DNA of 64,000 nt from the human T2T-CHM13v2.0 reference genome, Homo sapiens, in assembly GCF_009914755.1 (NCBI RefSeq), contig NC_060947.1; one strand, given 5' to 3'. Both the position numbers and the translations under genes were made by a program. The notes beneath the pieces are model-generated. The model saw only the letters and a program-made list of their open reading frames with translations. It was not told the origin of the DNA and did no database searches. Of the stretch, positions 14,251-28,870 are shown piece by piece. How positions within the stretch are numbered: the stretch's first letter is position 1; every line of letters begins with the position of its first letter.

Positions 14251-15900
14251 GAACACTCTGAGTGTTGAAGGTCATTTTACACAGAGTTTTCAGAGAAGGA
14301 CTATCTGAGGAGGTGACATGTAAGCAGAGATGTGAATAAAACAAGGAAGCAAGTCATGGGCAGGTCTGGGGAAAGATCATTCCAGGGTCAGAGAACAGTA
14401 AGCACAAAGGCCTTGAAGTGATCTATCTAGAGTAGAATGGGAAAGGCAAAGACTGTTAAAAGTTGTAGTTTTTAAGTAACAATGGGGCCATATCATGTGG
14501 AACTTTGTTAAAAAAAAAAAAAAATACTTGAATGACAGGCACACCAACAGCTTATTTAACTCAGCCCACTCTATCAAGGCCACAGTGGCTGCCAGATGTT
14601 AACCTTGGTGAAGATGCTGAGATTTATTACAGGAAATTGTGCTTCATACTGATATAATCAGACTAAGGGAAAAAAAATGCAGCCTCTGTTCCTGCTAAGC
14701 AGTGCCAAATAAGTCAGTCTGTATCTCTGGACCTCTCTCTGCTGACTTAGAAGAAAAAAGAGTTGTCAAGGGCAGATTAGCCAAGGGGCTGAAAGGGCTC
14801 CCTGAAGTACTGTAAAGTCCAGCTGAAGCACAATAGAAGAGGCTGCAGAACTAGGAAAGAAGTCAAAGTGAAATCTTAGGACTAGGAAAGCTATGAACAA
14901 CTGTCCTTGTCAGTCACATCCATTCCTTTAGTTAACAAAAAGCTCCAAAGGGCACTGCTAAATATTATGTGAGAAAAATAGCAATTTGGAGATACTGGGA
15001 GTCATAGAGAATTTTGTTTTTCCTGTGTACTAATACTGATTTCCACAACAAGGTAAATGGTGGATTTCATGAGACTCCAAGTTGAAGTAGATACTGTAAA
15101 TTAGCTAGAAGTTTAACTAATTATTCCCCGTAAGTCAGTAAGCTTACAGAAAAGGAGTAGTGCCCAAGAGATATGATTATATTCAAAATCTGTGAACCAA
15201 AGAAAGAAGTGTATATTCAAGTAGGAAGTAATCAGTGCTCCACATTGTATAGCCACTCAAGCAAAACTGTTATTTTCAGAGGAAATTAAGCATATATTTA
15301 TTTGAGGGAAGAATGTGGCTTTGCATATAGAGTTAGGCTCAATACATGACAAAACAATATTGCACTTTGCCTCCCAGATTAAAATTTACTAATTTAAAAA
15401 ATAATAGAGTACTTAAGTTTTGAAACTCCTGGCCCCACGATTCCAACCCCAACAACTGAGAGAAACATTAGCAAACTCAGAAAATGTGTATTGCGATAAC
15501 ACCAGTCTTGCTAATTCTAAAGCTTTATCCAACTGATTAAACCTGATGTTATAAAAGCCTACTTTGAAGAAAATTATTGAGTCAATTCTGTTATTTTTAA
15601 CTCAGGGAGGGTACCTCTCCTTGAATTCATTTGATGGAGAGGTTCAATAGACACAGAGAAAAGCAGTTCTCTTGTTTTTAAATCATAGACAATGAAATTC
15701 ACCATTACAACCATCAACATCAGTGTCAACAAAGTTAACCAATTACATAGTACATCAAACTCTGTGATGAGTTATCCATTGGTTGAATTAGGAAGCAGGG
15801 TTGGAGAACACAGATTGTCTTTCCAAGATGTTTTTGAGATCACATCCATCATATCATTCATTCATTTATCAAACTTGTAAATCTCTGCTATTTGCAAAGC

Positions 15901-15906
<6 letters not shown>

Positions 15907-15950
<44 letters not shown>
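15907..15950. repeat. (TG)22 microsatellite
   Basis: Direct observation. Confidence 0.97.
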
Positions 15951-15953
<3 letters not shown>

Positions 15954-16250
15954 TCATGCATTTCTTAATGATGGGGATACATTCTCAGAAATGCATCATT
16001 AGGTCATTTCATTGTGTGAACATCATAGAGTGTACTTACACAAACCTAGATGGTATAGCCTACTACCCACCTAGGCTATATGTTATAGTCTATTGCTCCT
16101 AGGCTACAAACCTGTACAGCATGTGACTGTACTGAATACTTTAGATAACTAATACAATGGTAAGTGTTTGTGTATGTAAACATATCTAAACCTACAAATG
16201 GTACAAAAAATACAGTATTATAATCTTATGGGACCACTGCCATATATGGG
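15951..16250. mobile_element. Tigger3-family (TcMar) DNA transposon fossil
   Basis: agtcatgcatttcttaatgatggggatacattctcagaaatgc...tataatcttatgggaccact; flanked by TG/TA microsatellites. Confidence 0.8.
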
Positions 16251-16329
16251 GCCATATATACATACACATAGATATATATATATGTATGTATATATGTATA
16301 TACGTGTGTGTGTGTGTGTGTGTGTGTGT
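16251..16329. repeat. (TA)n/(TG)n compound microsatellite
   Basis: Direct observation. Confidence 0.9.
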
Positions 16330-17819
16330 ATTCACCTGGACCCAGTTCTAAGTATTCAAGAGGTGGTACACAATAGTTGATTAATAAATATTTGTTTGAG
16401 TGAATAAGTGAAAGAACAGGTTCCTCCAATTCGAGTTTAGAGTTTAAGACAGATATCTCTCCTCATTAATATGAAAGCAAAAGTATAGGAATAAGGCATA
16501 GATAGTAGAATGATATAGTATCAATACTTCTATTTCTAAAATTCTATGATTCTACATTAAAGTATTAGTAGCCAAGCATGTATGTCTCTTTAATGGAAGC
16601 CAAGCATATATTTCATCTGCTGATCAGGAGTAAATGCATTCTAAAAATGGGGCAAGAATAAGTTCACACTTAGGACAAATTCGAAAAAAATAAAGGAGGC
16701 CAAAGACTCTTTTCTGAAAATCAGATTACCATGAGTTTTTCCTGAAAGAAATGGAGTCCCAAGAACTGTTGAAGAAATAAGTGTATGACATTGGCTGTTG
16801 GTTTTTTGCCCCTCCCCCTTATAGTGGTGGCGTTAGGGGCTTGGAATTATCTGTTGCTTTGGGTGTACGAGTCTAGCATTCAAGAAATGTTTAATTTCTA
16901 GGTACTTTGCATCAATAAGATGTGCTGACAACATACAGTAGATAATGCTACAGGAAGGGCAACATTCTTCCTATAATCATAGGTAACTGGGAGAATATAA
17001 TCAATTAATTTTGCTTAATTATTACTGTTTAAGATAGAAAAATGATGCCACTAACCAGCTTTGTAACAGTGGTCACTTAACTTCTGGGGCTTTCGTTTCC
17101 TCATAGTTAAAATGAGACTTTCTTGTGAGCTGATGCCCAAAGTTCCTCCTTGGTCTCTAATTTTATGTTTCTAACATTTGGCAAGTTCAACTTTTAAATC
17201 TTTGTGCTTTAAAAGTAGCAACTGTATGGTTCCTCATTTACATTGAATTGCTTCCCTGTAAACATCTCTCCCCACTGTCACCCAAGGAACTCCTTTTGTT
17301 GTTCGGATAATGAATTACTTTTAATACAGAGATTAGATTTCTAAAATCAAGCTTACTGGAACATTACTTAGCCCCTTCTAATCTTTTCTGGAAGCGAGTG
17401 ATATATAAATAATAAATAAATGACATGAAAATGAAGCAGCATATTTAAAAGCCCATTTAAACAAATCTTAACAGAGGTTTTAAGCACAGGAAGCAGAGAC
17501 ATCAAAATCTCTCATCCCAGGGAGTTCATTTAGTGGGCTGGGGCAAAGGGTATTCCAGGAATAAAACATTGCAAAAAAAAAAAAAAAAAAAAAACAACTT
17601 GGAGGTTAGAACTTGTACCCAAAGATATCTTTAGTTTCATCCAAATGGTAGAGATGATTAGGGTCACAGAGGCTAATCAAGAAATACTGCAACCTAGGCT
17701 ACCATGTAAAAAAAGTGGAGTGATGTCATGAGCTATAGTTAAAAGTTGAGAAAGAGACAGCTAGACAGACAATCTGATAGTAGTAGCCATAGTAGAGGTA
17801 ATGGTACTATTACAATTTA

Positions 17820-18040
17820 GCTCGACCATACTAGAGCCAGGCCCTGCACGAAGCATTTAATACACATTTTCTTATTTATTCTTCATATAACTCTACACAG
17901 TTAGTAGTTTCTTCTTCATTTTATAAGTTGAGGAAACTTGAGGCTTAGACAGTTAAATACATTTTCCAAGGTCACACAATTTGTGTGTGTCAGAGGCTGT
18001 CTAAAACATCTGCCTAACTCCAGAGTTTTTGTTCTTAAAT
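17820..18040 (-). mobile_element. MIR
   Basis: MIR core: cattttataagttgaggaaacttgaggcttaga...ccaaggtcacac. Confidence 0.7.
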
Positions 18041-19204
18041 CCTGCATAAAGTGTATATCGATGTGGTCCTGATGGCTCCAGGGATTTGGTGTCTAGCTTT
18101 GCATGCTTAAGAACTCTGTTATAGACATATGAATGTATAATTCTCTTTGACACTTCTTTACTTGAACCCTGTGTTCACACCTCCTTCTATTTTGCCAACA
18201 TGACTTGTGACATGTTACAATTAATTAACTAAAGCTCATCTTAGCAGTTGCTCCATTTTTGTCTCCTTAATGGAGGCTTGAGTGACACATTCTGCTCCCT
18301 TGATGAGATTTATCTCAGAAGGCTGTGTAGGTCGTCAGTAACACGTGTCTTAGTTTGCATCTATTTTTTTAATCTGATCAGTGTCTATTTCAAGAAATAA
18401 CAATGCTCCCGTTTTTCCAGTAAACATCTGTACTCATGATACAAAAATGAACTTTAGTCATTTAGCTGCAAGATCCAACTTGATTGGAAAATATTAGCAA
18501 TGCAAATAGATGTTTAAAAGAAAAAAAATCTAAATTTCTTACTATTCTATTGGAATACCCCGTGATCTTTTATAGGCTTATGTTCAGTATGGTTTATGTT
18601 TTTCTTGTTGCACTGCTTTTATAAGAGTGACTATTTTCTACACCTTCAATTTGGCTTGTAGTCATTGGACACACAGAGGGGTACAGGTCTATCCCTCTAA
18701 ACTTATGAGCTATGTTATGTACTTAACAATGCACCAGAATAAATTGACACACTATGCTAGGCAACAGGAATGCAGAAGTGAATTAGAATTTTTTTTTTAT
18801 TCTCAAAGGAGCTTACTGTCTACTCTAGCATTTCCTAAAATCTATTTTTTATTGTAATATTCTTTGAGGCATTGGATCTTTGAAATCACAGATGCTCTCA
18901 ATAATCATTAGTATAATCAATATATTTTGTGGCATTAAAAGTTTTGAATTATTAGATGGAGGAGAACCTTGTTTAACTTTTTAACTCAGAGAATCCCAAA
19001 TTTACTTAATCACAGATCATTTCCTTCCTTCATCTCTCTCTCTTCTCTCTCTCTCTCTCCCTTTAGCACAAATATTAACATTTTGCAAAATGCATACTCT
19101 TATAAAACAAACGTTGGAATTTGTTGTCCATTTCATTGCAAAAACAAAATGAAACCAAAAAGAAGTAAGATGAACAGACGTAGTTTCTCTTTCTCCTGAC
19201 ATCA

Positions 19205-19516
<312 letters not shown>

Positions 19517-21522
19517 TTAGCCTACACCTGCATCCTTCTTAGAGGACTGCTGGGGAAAGGCAGGGAGTGTCTATTGTTTACGAAGCAAAATTGTTATGAA
19601 ATAATTGTTTTTCAACTTTTAAAGGAATATTTACATTTAAAAGTAAGCTTAATATAACTCACTCTATTTTCAAAATTATGTTCTAGACACCTTTCATGTA
19701 TCTACTTTATATTACTAATATTAACATGGTAACAGGTTGTTCAAAAGTTTTAGTTCTGTTAATCCAGAATTCCTAAACCAAATTACTGGTGAATTTTAAC
19801 TCTCTGACACTGTTCTTAAATATGACAGGGTTGTTATGGGTAACTGATTTCCAAGTTAACTGAGTCATTATGATTTGTCCACAATAGGTAGACAACGTGT
19901 GAGCATTGCATAGTGTCAATAATGCAAAGGCTTTGGGTGTTCTCTTCAAGCAGCAGACTGGAGCAGTGACCTACAGACTCATCCCAACTAGATAACCAGT
20001 CTCTGGCTAGTCCTAAAGGACTTGGTCTTGCTCTACCAAGTCCTAAAGCCTTGCTCTATCACTTTGAGATTGTAGTTTTATATTTTTTAGCAAGAAGAAT
20101 ATTTGCACTGTTCTGAAAGGTTAAAAAACAGCCAGTCCTTTTCCCATCGGTAGTTAAAATATAATTTCCAATTTCAGATGCAATTCTCTAAACAGAAGGC
20201 ACTGTAGGTATTTTTTAAGTTATGATTTTATTAATCCAAGTTACCAAGACAAGTTAACAATTTTATATAAATCAAAAATCTCACAGGGGAATGTGATTTC
20301 TAGTTTCAGAACCTCAGAAAGAGGGTGGTATTACGATTTATTATATTTTCAAAGGTATCACATTAGTACGCAATATCATATTCTGCTTTTTTTGTTGGGG
20401 TTCATAATTGTGTGGCTCAATAATAAATTAGCATGAAATAGCAATTCTAATCATATCAGTAGGCATGTCCTCAAGGTCAGTTTAATGATTTATGACTGAG
20501 AAAATTAGTATAGATTTTATGATTTGTTTAGGTGTCTTTCATGCACAAGGACTAAGAATTCCTCAGGTTTTCCAGGGTACTCAATATTTTAATTACCAGA
20601 AAATATCATCGCTGCAAAGTAATTTACAATGAAAGAAAAAACTGCAGTGACATATATTCTGTTTTTATGCATCCATTTTTTCATTTATTAATTCCATGAA
20701 CATGTACTACTTGGTACTAAGTACCTACTTGGTACTAAGCACTGCACTAAGCAAGGGGAAATAAAGCTGAAGAGAACACAAAATTGCTCTCAGAGTATAG
20801 TGGATACAAAGAAACCATAATAGATGAAAGAGTGTAATATCTTACACACTATACTGAAGATGAAAAAAGTGCTATAGGAACACAGAGGCAGAAACAAAAA
20901 AGAACTTGTATCAAAGTAGAGATAACTCTAGGAACCAGGTATCAACAAAGTTAAAGTAAGTAGAATTCCAGTACACTTTTGGAGCTGTACAGAGAAGTTC
21001 TTTATCTCTATTATCCCTATTATATGGAATTCATCTCATCAGTCATATTAAGATTCTGTTCTAAAATTTGAAATGCTAAGTATAACTGCATCTCTCAGTG
21101 TCACAAATACTTTGAGGGCCTCGGTCTCTATACTCTTACAGAATAAAATTATATCCAATCAACATGTAGACTGATTCATAATAATGTTAGTTTTAATATC
21201 TAATGTGTATTGTGACTTCACAATTGGAAAGAGTGGAACTTTGCCCTATACATAATAAAAGACATGATTAATTGAAATTTAGTTCAAAACAATGCAGCTT
21301 AATTTAACTGTTCATTTCCCACCTATATACCCAATTATATTCTAGTAGAGACCCACACATCCACTGGGTCAGACATAACAGATGCAACAAATTATGGAAT
21401 ATTCATTCCTAAATTAGTGTTGGAACTCATTTAGGAAGAAGTTTGTCTTCATAAACTGCTATTTGATTGACTAGAAATGTATAATAAAAGCATTATAAAT
21501 GTGACTCGTTCTTTACTGCTGA

Positions 21523-21877
<355 letters not shown>

Positions 21878-22949
21878 TAGGTGTCTATTGTTTTAAAATA
21901 AAATGCTATGGGAGCTTAAAGAGATCATCCAAATTAATTACTACAACCAAGTTTCCCTTATAGAACTCTAAATCTTAGATATGAATTATTTGGGTATTAC
22001 ACCTGACTGCACCAAGTGTGTTATGTGCGTGCTTATGATAATTAAATCCAGAAGTAATTGCCCAGGATTTTATTCAGCCATAATTGCAAGTAACCAAGGG
22101 CAGAACCTTGCAGAATCATAATCTGTGGGAGATGTTTTGACACAGAATGACCAAATAAGATACTTTAACAACATAATAGTGTATCTCATAGAAAATAGAG
22201 CTGGTGATCCTTGCATCAGAATCAATGGAGAGGAGGAAAAAAACAAACAAACAAAAAAACCAAAAAAACATTGAAAAAGAAGTTGAAAAGAAAAATGACA
22301 TCATGTGCAGTGGTCTTTTTGCAGGGAGGGATAGACTGTGATCTTTAAGAGCTAAACCAATTAGTATGAAAGGAACTCACAGGGAGCAAGACTGTCACTT
22401 TGTCAATCTTAATAATCTTTATTGATTAAATGTGACTGTCACTGACAGTCAAGACAATGTGTCTTTATACAATGGAGCAGAACAAAGCAGAACTTTGACC
22501 AGTCAATTTAAGATTCCTCAGGCCCTTTGGGAGAAAAATAGTGTATTCCATTGTAGATTCTGGTTATTTGGAAAATAGTAAGGATTAGATGCAGAATTAA
22601 TCTGCATCTGGCAGGCACAGGGAGGAAGGAAACTTTCAAAACAATTAAATATTGCTCTTACTATGACCTTTTACAGCCTACCATCTTGTGGGGCCTCCAG
22701 GGAATTAAGGTTGCAAGGAATATTCACAATAAAAACTGAAATTTACAAAGGTATTGGTATGGGCCCTAGAGAAAGCCAAAAAACTAATGCAATAATTTAC
22801 TTCTATTCACTCAATCTTTGTACTTGCTATGCCTTCTACCTAAAACTTTTTCCCTCCCATGACTCCCTCTCTCATTTCATTCAGGTCTCTGCTCAAATAT
22901 CAATTCAAGCGAGTCCTCTCAGCCCCTCCTTGTGATTATTCTCTTATAG

Positions 22950-24465
22950 TAAATACTTACAATTTCATATTGCCTTGGCATCCATTCTGAATATAAGTTA
23001 GATTTTATCATACCAGAAGCCGGGCTTAGTCGCCCTTGACAATTTCCAGCTCTCCGCCTCCTCTCAGTTCCAGTGTTATCAATCCAAATATCTGTTCTAT
23101 ATAGCTGCCTCCTGGTGACCACTTCCCTATGGGACATATAGAATAACAACCTACTGCACTCACCCCACTCATCCCACATCCCGTATAGACTGCACGGATC
23201 TGCCACAGTGACTATGTCTCAGTCACTATCTCTCTGTGACCCCACAGAATTTGTGCCTGCTTGCTTTAAACTCACCAATTAGAACTCTCTTCAGAAAACC
23301 AAGGGCAAGGGTAATACCCTTGACCCCAATAAAGGCCTCTGCCCACAGTGATAGAGGCAGACAAATGCCTAGACAGATAGGGGCGGGTCCCTAGCAAAAC
23401 ACCATCTCCAAGTCGAAGACAGTTTATAGCCTGAAAGCCAAGCTACAGATTAAATCGTCAGACTGAATTGAGAACTTGTCTTCCTGTTTGGCATGCTTTC
23501 CTCTGATTGGTCCCCACCTTTCGCCTATTTTACATATACCTACCCTTTCCTATTGGTTTTTCTACACTGTCATGCCCACCTTTGTGTGCTGTCTTCGCTT
23601 TAACCTTTTTTGCATACTCAAAACTAATCAGCACACTTTCCCCATTCTGAGTCCATAAAGGGCCCCAGACCCAGCCACATGGGGGAACCATTGCCCTCCC
23701 CACCTCCCCTCCCCTCCCCTCCCCTCCCCTGCCCTCCCCTCTCCATTGAAAGCCATTTTCATTGCTCAATAAAATTCTCCGCCCTCCTCACTCTCCAATG
23801 TCCCACATATCCTCATTCTTCTTGGGCATGGTAAAAGAGCTCAGGAACTCCAAATGCAAGTACAAGCTATAACGCAGGCGAGCTGGGGCATGCCAGCATG
23901 GCCGAGAGAGGCCCAGGTGGGGCATCACCACCTGGGGGTCCCTGGCTTGCAAAGTGACCAACAAGAAAAATCCTGCATCAACGGGTTCTCCTCTAACTGG
24001 CTCCATATTTCCTGGTTGAGCACAGTGCCCTCTTTACCTTCCAGTCGACCTTCATCAATACCTCTCTTCTCTTGTGGACCTGTAACTGATGCACTGCCTC
24101 TGTCTTTTCATTGTTTTGTTGTGCTGTCTCCTCTGTGTCTTACCTGACCCACACACCCACACCTAACTTCTCTCCCAGTCAGAGCTCTCCTAGAGAGTGG
24201 CTATCTTGGAAGAATAAACTAGACACAGGTCAGACAAGAGCCACAAGGGCATCTGCCAGTATAAACAAGTTTTCTGTGAGAGGGACACTCGGTCACAGGT
24301 CAGACACTTAGGCATTAGCTGTCAGTCAGGATAAAGAAATATCCTGTGAAAGGCACACTGTAAATAACCATGACCAAATCCCCTGGAACCCCATCAGGGC
24401 AAGGCTAGAGTTTATAGCCACTCTCCTAAGAAAGACCTCAAGACCAAATTAGAAAATAAAATAAC
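22950..24465 (+). mobile_element. ERVL-type LTR (MER54-like) split by an LTR27-family LTR
   Basis: 3' part ...gacacaggtcagacaagagccacaagggc...gacctcaagaccaaattagaaaa; AATAAA at ~23328; family assignment from recall. Confidence 0.55.
23349..23980 (+). mobile_element. LTR27-family solo LTR (ERV1)
   Basis: tgatagaggcagacaaatgcctagacagataggggcgggtccc...aaaatcctgcatca; TSD acag/acgg. Confidence 0.75.
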
Positions 24466-25485
24466 CTCTATATTCTTTTATCCTGCTTTATTTTATATTT
24501 TTTCCATAGGGAATTCCACTATTAGACATTGTATTACATGCTTGTTTATTTGTTTATGTTCTGTCTCCCCCACTATCATGTAAGTTCCTTGAGAGCAAAG
24601 AATTTATTTTATTAATCTTTATAACCTCATTGCCTAGAATATGCCTTGCATATAGTAGGTTCTCAATAATCATTGGTGCAAAAAATTAATTTAGAGTTTA
24701 ATATATTAGTTGATCAGATTCTTTCAGTGTAACATACCGTAATTGAACTCCATTTGTATGAGACACAGAATGGGTAAATTTTCATGGGCTGAAAATAGAG
24801 AGAAAGGACCTAACCATGAGGTTAATGTCCACATCAGGATAATCAGGGTGGAGTACCACAGTATGGATCTTTGGATATTTGGGGGCCCGTGTGAAGGAAC
24901 TTAAGATTATGATGGAGAATGATAATAAAGAGATGAGTTATAATGGAGATAATGGTAAGGATATATTTTCAAGAAAGCAGTTTGGAGGCAGAGGATCATG
25001 AATAAATACAGGTAAATGAAACAAAGAGAAGAAAACAGCAGGACCAAGCATAGGTAAATAGGGCACTCCAGTTTCATACTTGAGTTGTCACAAGGGTCCT
25101 GCCTACTTAGTGTGTAGCATTGTCACAGCTTGAGCAATGCTGTTCTCAATAGGGCACTATTTTAACAGTGTTGTGTAGGTCCCAGGAATATCTGAACCCC
25201 CTTGCAGAACAGATTAAAGCTAACCATAATCGATGGAGCTTTCTCTTCAGTTGCAAGGGCCTAACTCACAAGAGTATTGATTGCAGTAGACTAGAAAAAG
25301 GGTTTCCCATGGACACCCTGGCTGATATTTTCTTGCACAAATAGTGTTTGGGCCTGAAACATAAGGTAAAGAAAGACAATGCCTGAGGAACAATACCAAC
25401 CCACAGTAATAATATGCCATGCCACCCATCACTTTTTTACTGGGACTCTGATCTGTGCCTATAGACTTGAGTGCATGCAAACTAG

Positions 25486-25846
<361 letters not shown>

Positions 25847-26580
25847 TCATTGAGTTTCAAAGTTTATCTTTCATTTTGGGAAGTGACTCCTTTATTTATT
25901 TATTTATTGTCGTAGGTCTTTAAATATTAAATTCCAATCTCAGTCCAATAAAGCTACACTTTAAAAAAAGAAAAATGAATTAAGTACCAAATAGTACAAG
26001 ATTTTGATGTGTGATGCTATCTTTTAAAATTTTTATCTCGAGATAATTATGAGTTACGGGAAGTTGAAAAAAAAAATGTACAGGGAGCTCCCATGCACCA
26101 TTCATCCAGTTTTCCTCAATGGTAACATTTTGCTTAAGTATAATATCAAAACAAGGAAAATGGGTAATGCTACTTTAAGACGATTTTGCTCCTCCACCCT
26201 AGCTGTTTTAGTATGAGAAGCTGAGACGAATTAGGTTTTTGATGTTGGAATCTCATTGTTATCTTATAACTCTTACCTCAGAGAGTCAACTATAATCCAT
26301 GATTGCATTTTAGCATGATCTATCTGGCATGGAATGACTTAGGATTTAGCCAGGATTTAGGTTATGCTTGATTGGTGGGCCACTGGCAGTAGGAAACCTC
26401 AAACCTCCTAAGTTCAGACCTTGATTCAGTTTTGGAATTTTCAGAGCTCTCTCTTTGGACTGCACCAACACAGTTTTAACTAATTTGTTCCCATGATTTG
26501 GGTGGCACTAAACATGTCTTTGCCTCAATTTTCTCATAATTTATCCACCTGGCCTCAGAAATTTTGTAAAATACAAATGA

Positions 26581-26914
<334 letters not shown>

Positions 26915-27109
26915 AGAAAAGACACTTTAAAATGTATAGAAGCATTCTGTGTATGCTAAATTTTCTTGTTATGTATATTTATATTTCTTTGAATACTGAA
27001 TCAAGCACTTTATAGAGTTCCTACTAAGTGTTTCATAAAACCAATCTGTCACCATTACTGTCTGACAGGTTCAAGATACCAAGTGGGAAGGGAGACTGAG
27101 TAAGTAACA

Positions 27110-28870
27110 TTGAGTACTTAGTGTCATATACTAGGAATTTCCTTTGGTATTTTCATGTGCACTATGTCATTTAATTGGTACAATCAAACCAAGAGTTAAG
27201 TAGTAAAATCCCCAAATCTTGTTTGATTAGGAAGCTGAAATTCACAGACTCTAATATCTTTTGTCTAAGGTCACACTGGTGTTAAGAATAAGAATCAAGA
27301 TTCAAACTAAGTCTGTGTTCTTTCGGAGCCTATTCTATCTTCTTCCAGAAACATGCCCCTTTGTGGAGAATAACTAAGGTCTCTTTACAAAGTAGTTTGT
27401 TGGCTCATCTCGGAGGACACAGACATAGTTTTGCCTAGAGTAGTTAGTTATTCAATGTTGTAGAAATGAATTTGAAGTATTTGTTTTGCAAATTGGCATG
27501 TATGCAAATATTGATAACATATATTGACACAAATCATTTCTATTCCCAGCTTTGTTCTGTTTATAAGCCCACTCTGTCTCCTGAAAGCTTGACAAACAGT
27601 GTGCTAGAAAAACACATAGTTCCATTCTCAGTTAAAGTCCTTGTTCTTTGATATTGTTTTTATGTAAAAAAGAGAAACTTTTAGTATGACTGAAATCATT
27701 GGGGGAAAAAAACCATTCGTTCAAGAAAGCAATACGCAGAGTAATATTTTAGCCAAATTTAACATTCAGACCCTCTTTGGTCACCAAATCTACCTGTCCA
27801 TACAGTGTGTTTCAGGCAGGAAGTAATGTCTGGTGAGCCTTATGCTGAGGCAGACTGTGGAGAAGTGAAGGTAGATGTGAGAAAACACAGAAGACTTCCA
27901 AATCACTGTCAGTGTCAGATTTCAAAATTAGTATCTTACATACGAAACCAGATACAGCAAGAATAGGTTTAAAACCGAAACCTAAGGTCATTTTGGACAT
28001 GGAGTGTGAGACATGTTAGAAGAATAAGTGTTAAAGCAAACATCCAAATCTTGATATCAGGAAATAATCCATGTGTTGGGTTAAATCAAGCAAGAAGTAG
28101 AATAAGTCACAGCTTTAAGCAACTGACAACAGAGATGTAAAAGCAAGTTAGGCAGGGCACAAAAGTGGTAAGAAGATAGGTGTTGGATTCAAACACGTAT
28201 AAATTCTATTTTTGCAATTTACTACCTATGTGAACCCGAGAAATTTACATTGTGCCTCATTTCTTCAACTTCAAGTGGAAATAAAAAATAATACCAACCT
28301 CAAAAGGTTGTAATGAAGATTAAATGAGACTGGCAATATTAATTATGTAGCACAATGCCTGGTGCATAATAATCATTAATTATTATTAATTAATGACTAG
28401 GTGATCGCATCGTCTTCTGGCATTTTTTGTGCTGAGGCTAATTCTGAGGCCGGTCTGAGTTTTATTGCTTTAAGGTGATCTGATTTGGGAGCTGGGGTTC
28501 TGGATCCTTTCAGAACTCCCATTGTTCATAAAATTTAAAACTTTCAGATAGATTAGTTTAGAGTTTAATCTATCTTCTTTATTTTCTGGTCTATAATAAG
28601 TCCTTTCAACTTGTAGATTTCATTCTTCATTCATCTCATTAAACTTTAATTCTAGTATATATTTGCCCATTATTTTTTTCCATTTCCTCTGGTTTACTTT
28701 TACCAGTTGTTTGCTATTGGGCAAGTTACATAAACAGTCTGAACTTTAGTTTACTTACCTATAAACTAGATATATTGATAGTACTAACCTCTTCCTAGGG
28801 TTATTATGAGAGTTCAGTGGGAGAATGCTTGGAAAGCACTTATCACAATGCTTGGTATCAATAAATATTA
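27110..28870. mobile_element. Three MIR fragments (~27110-27340, 28170-28380, 28700-28870) in otherwise unique DNA
   Basis: MIR core motifs (aaggtcacac; gcctcatttcttc...gttgtaatgaagattaaatgag; gggcaagttac). Confidence 0.6.

Noticed and set aside
27796-27826. Possible micro-exon (tgtttcag GCAGGAAGTAATGTCTG gtgag)
   Set aside because: Weak pyrimidine tract, no partner exons; such motifs are expected by chance
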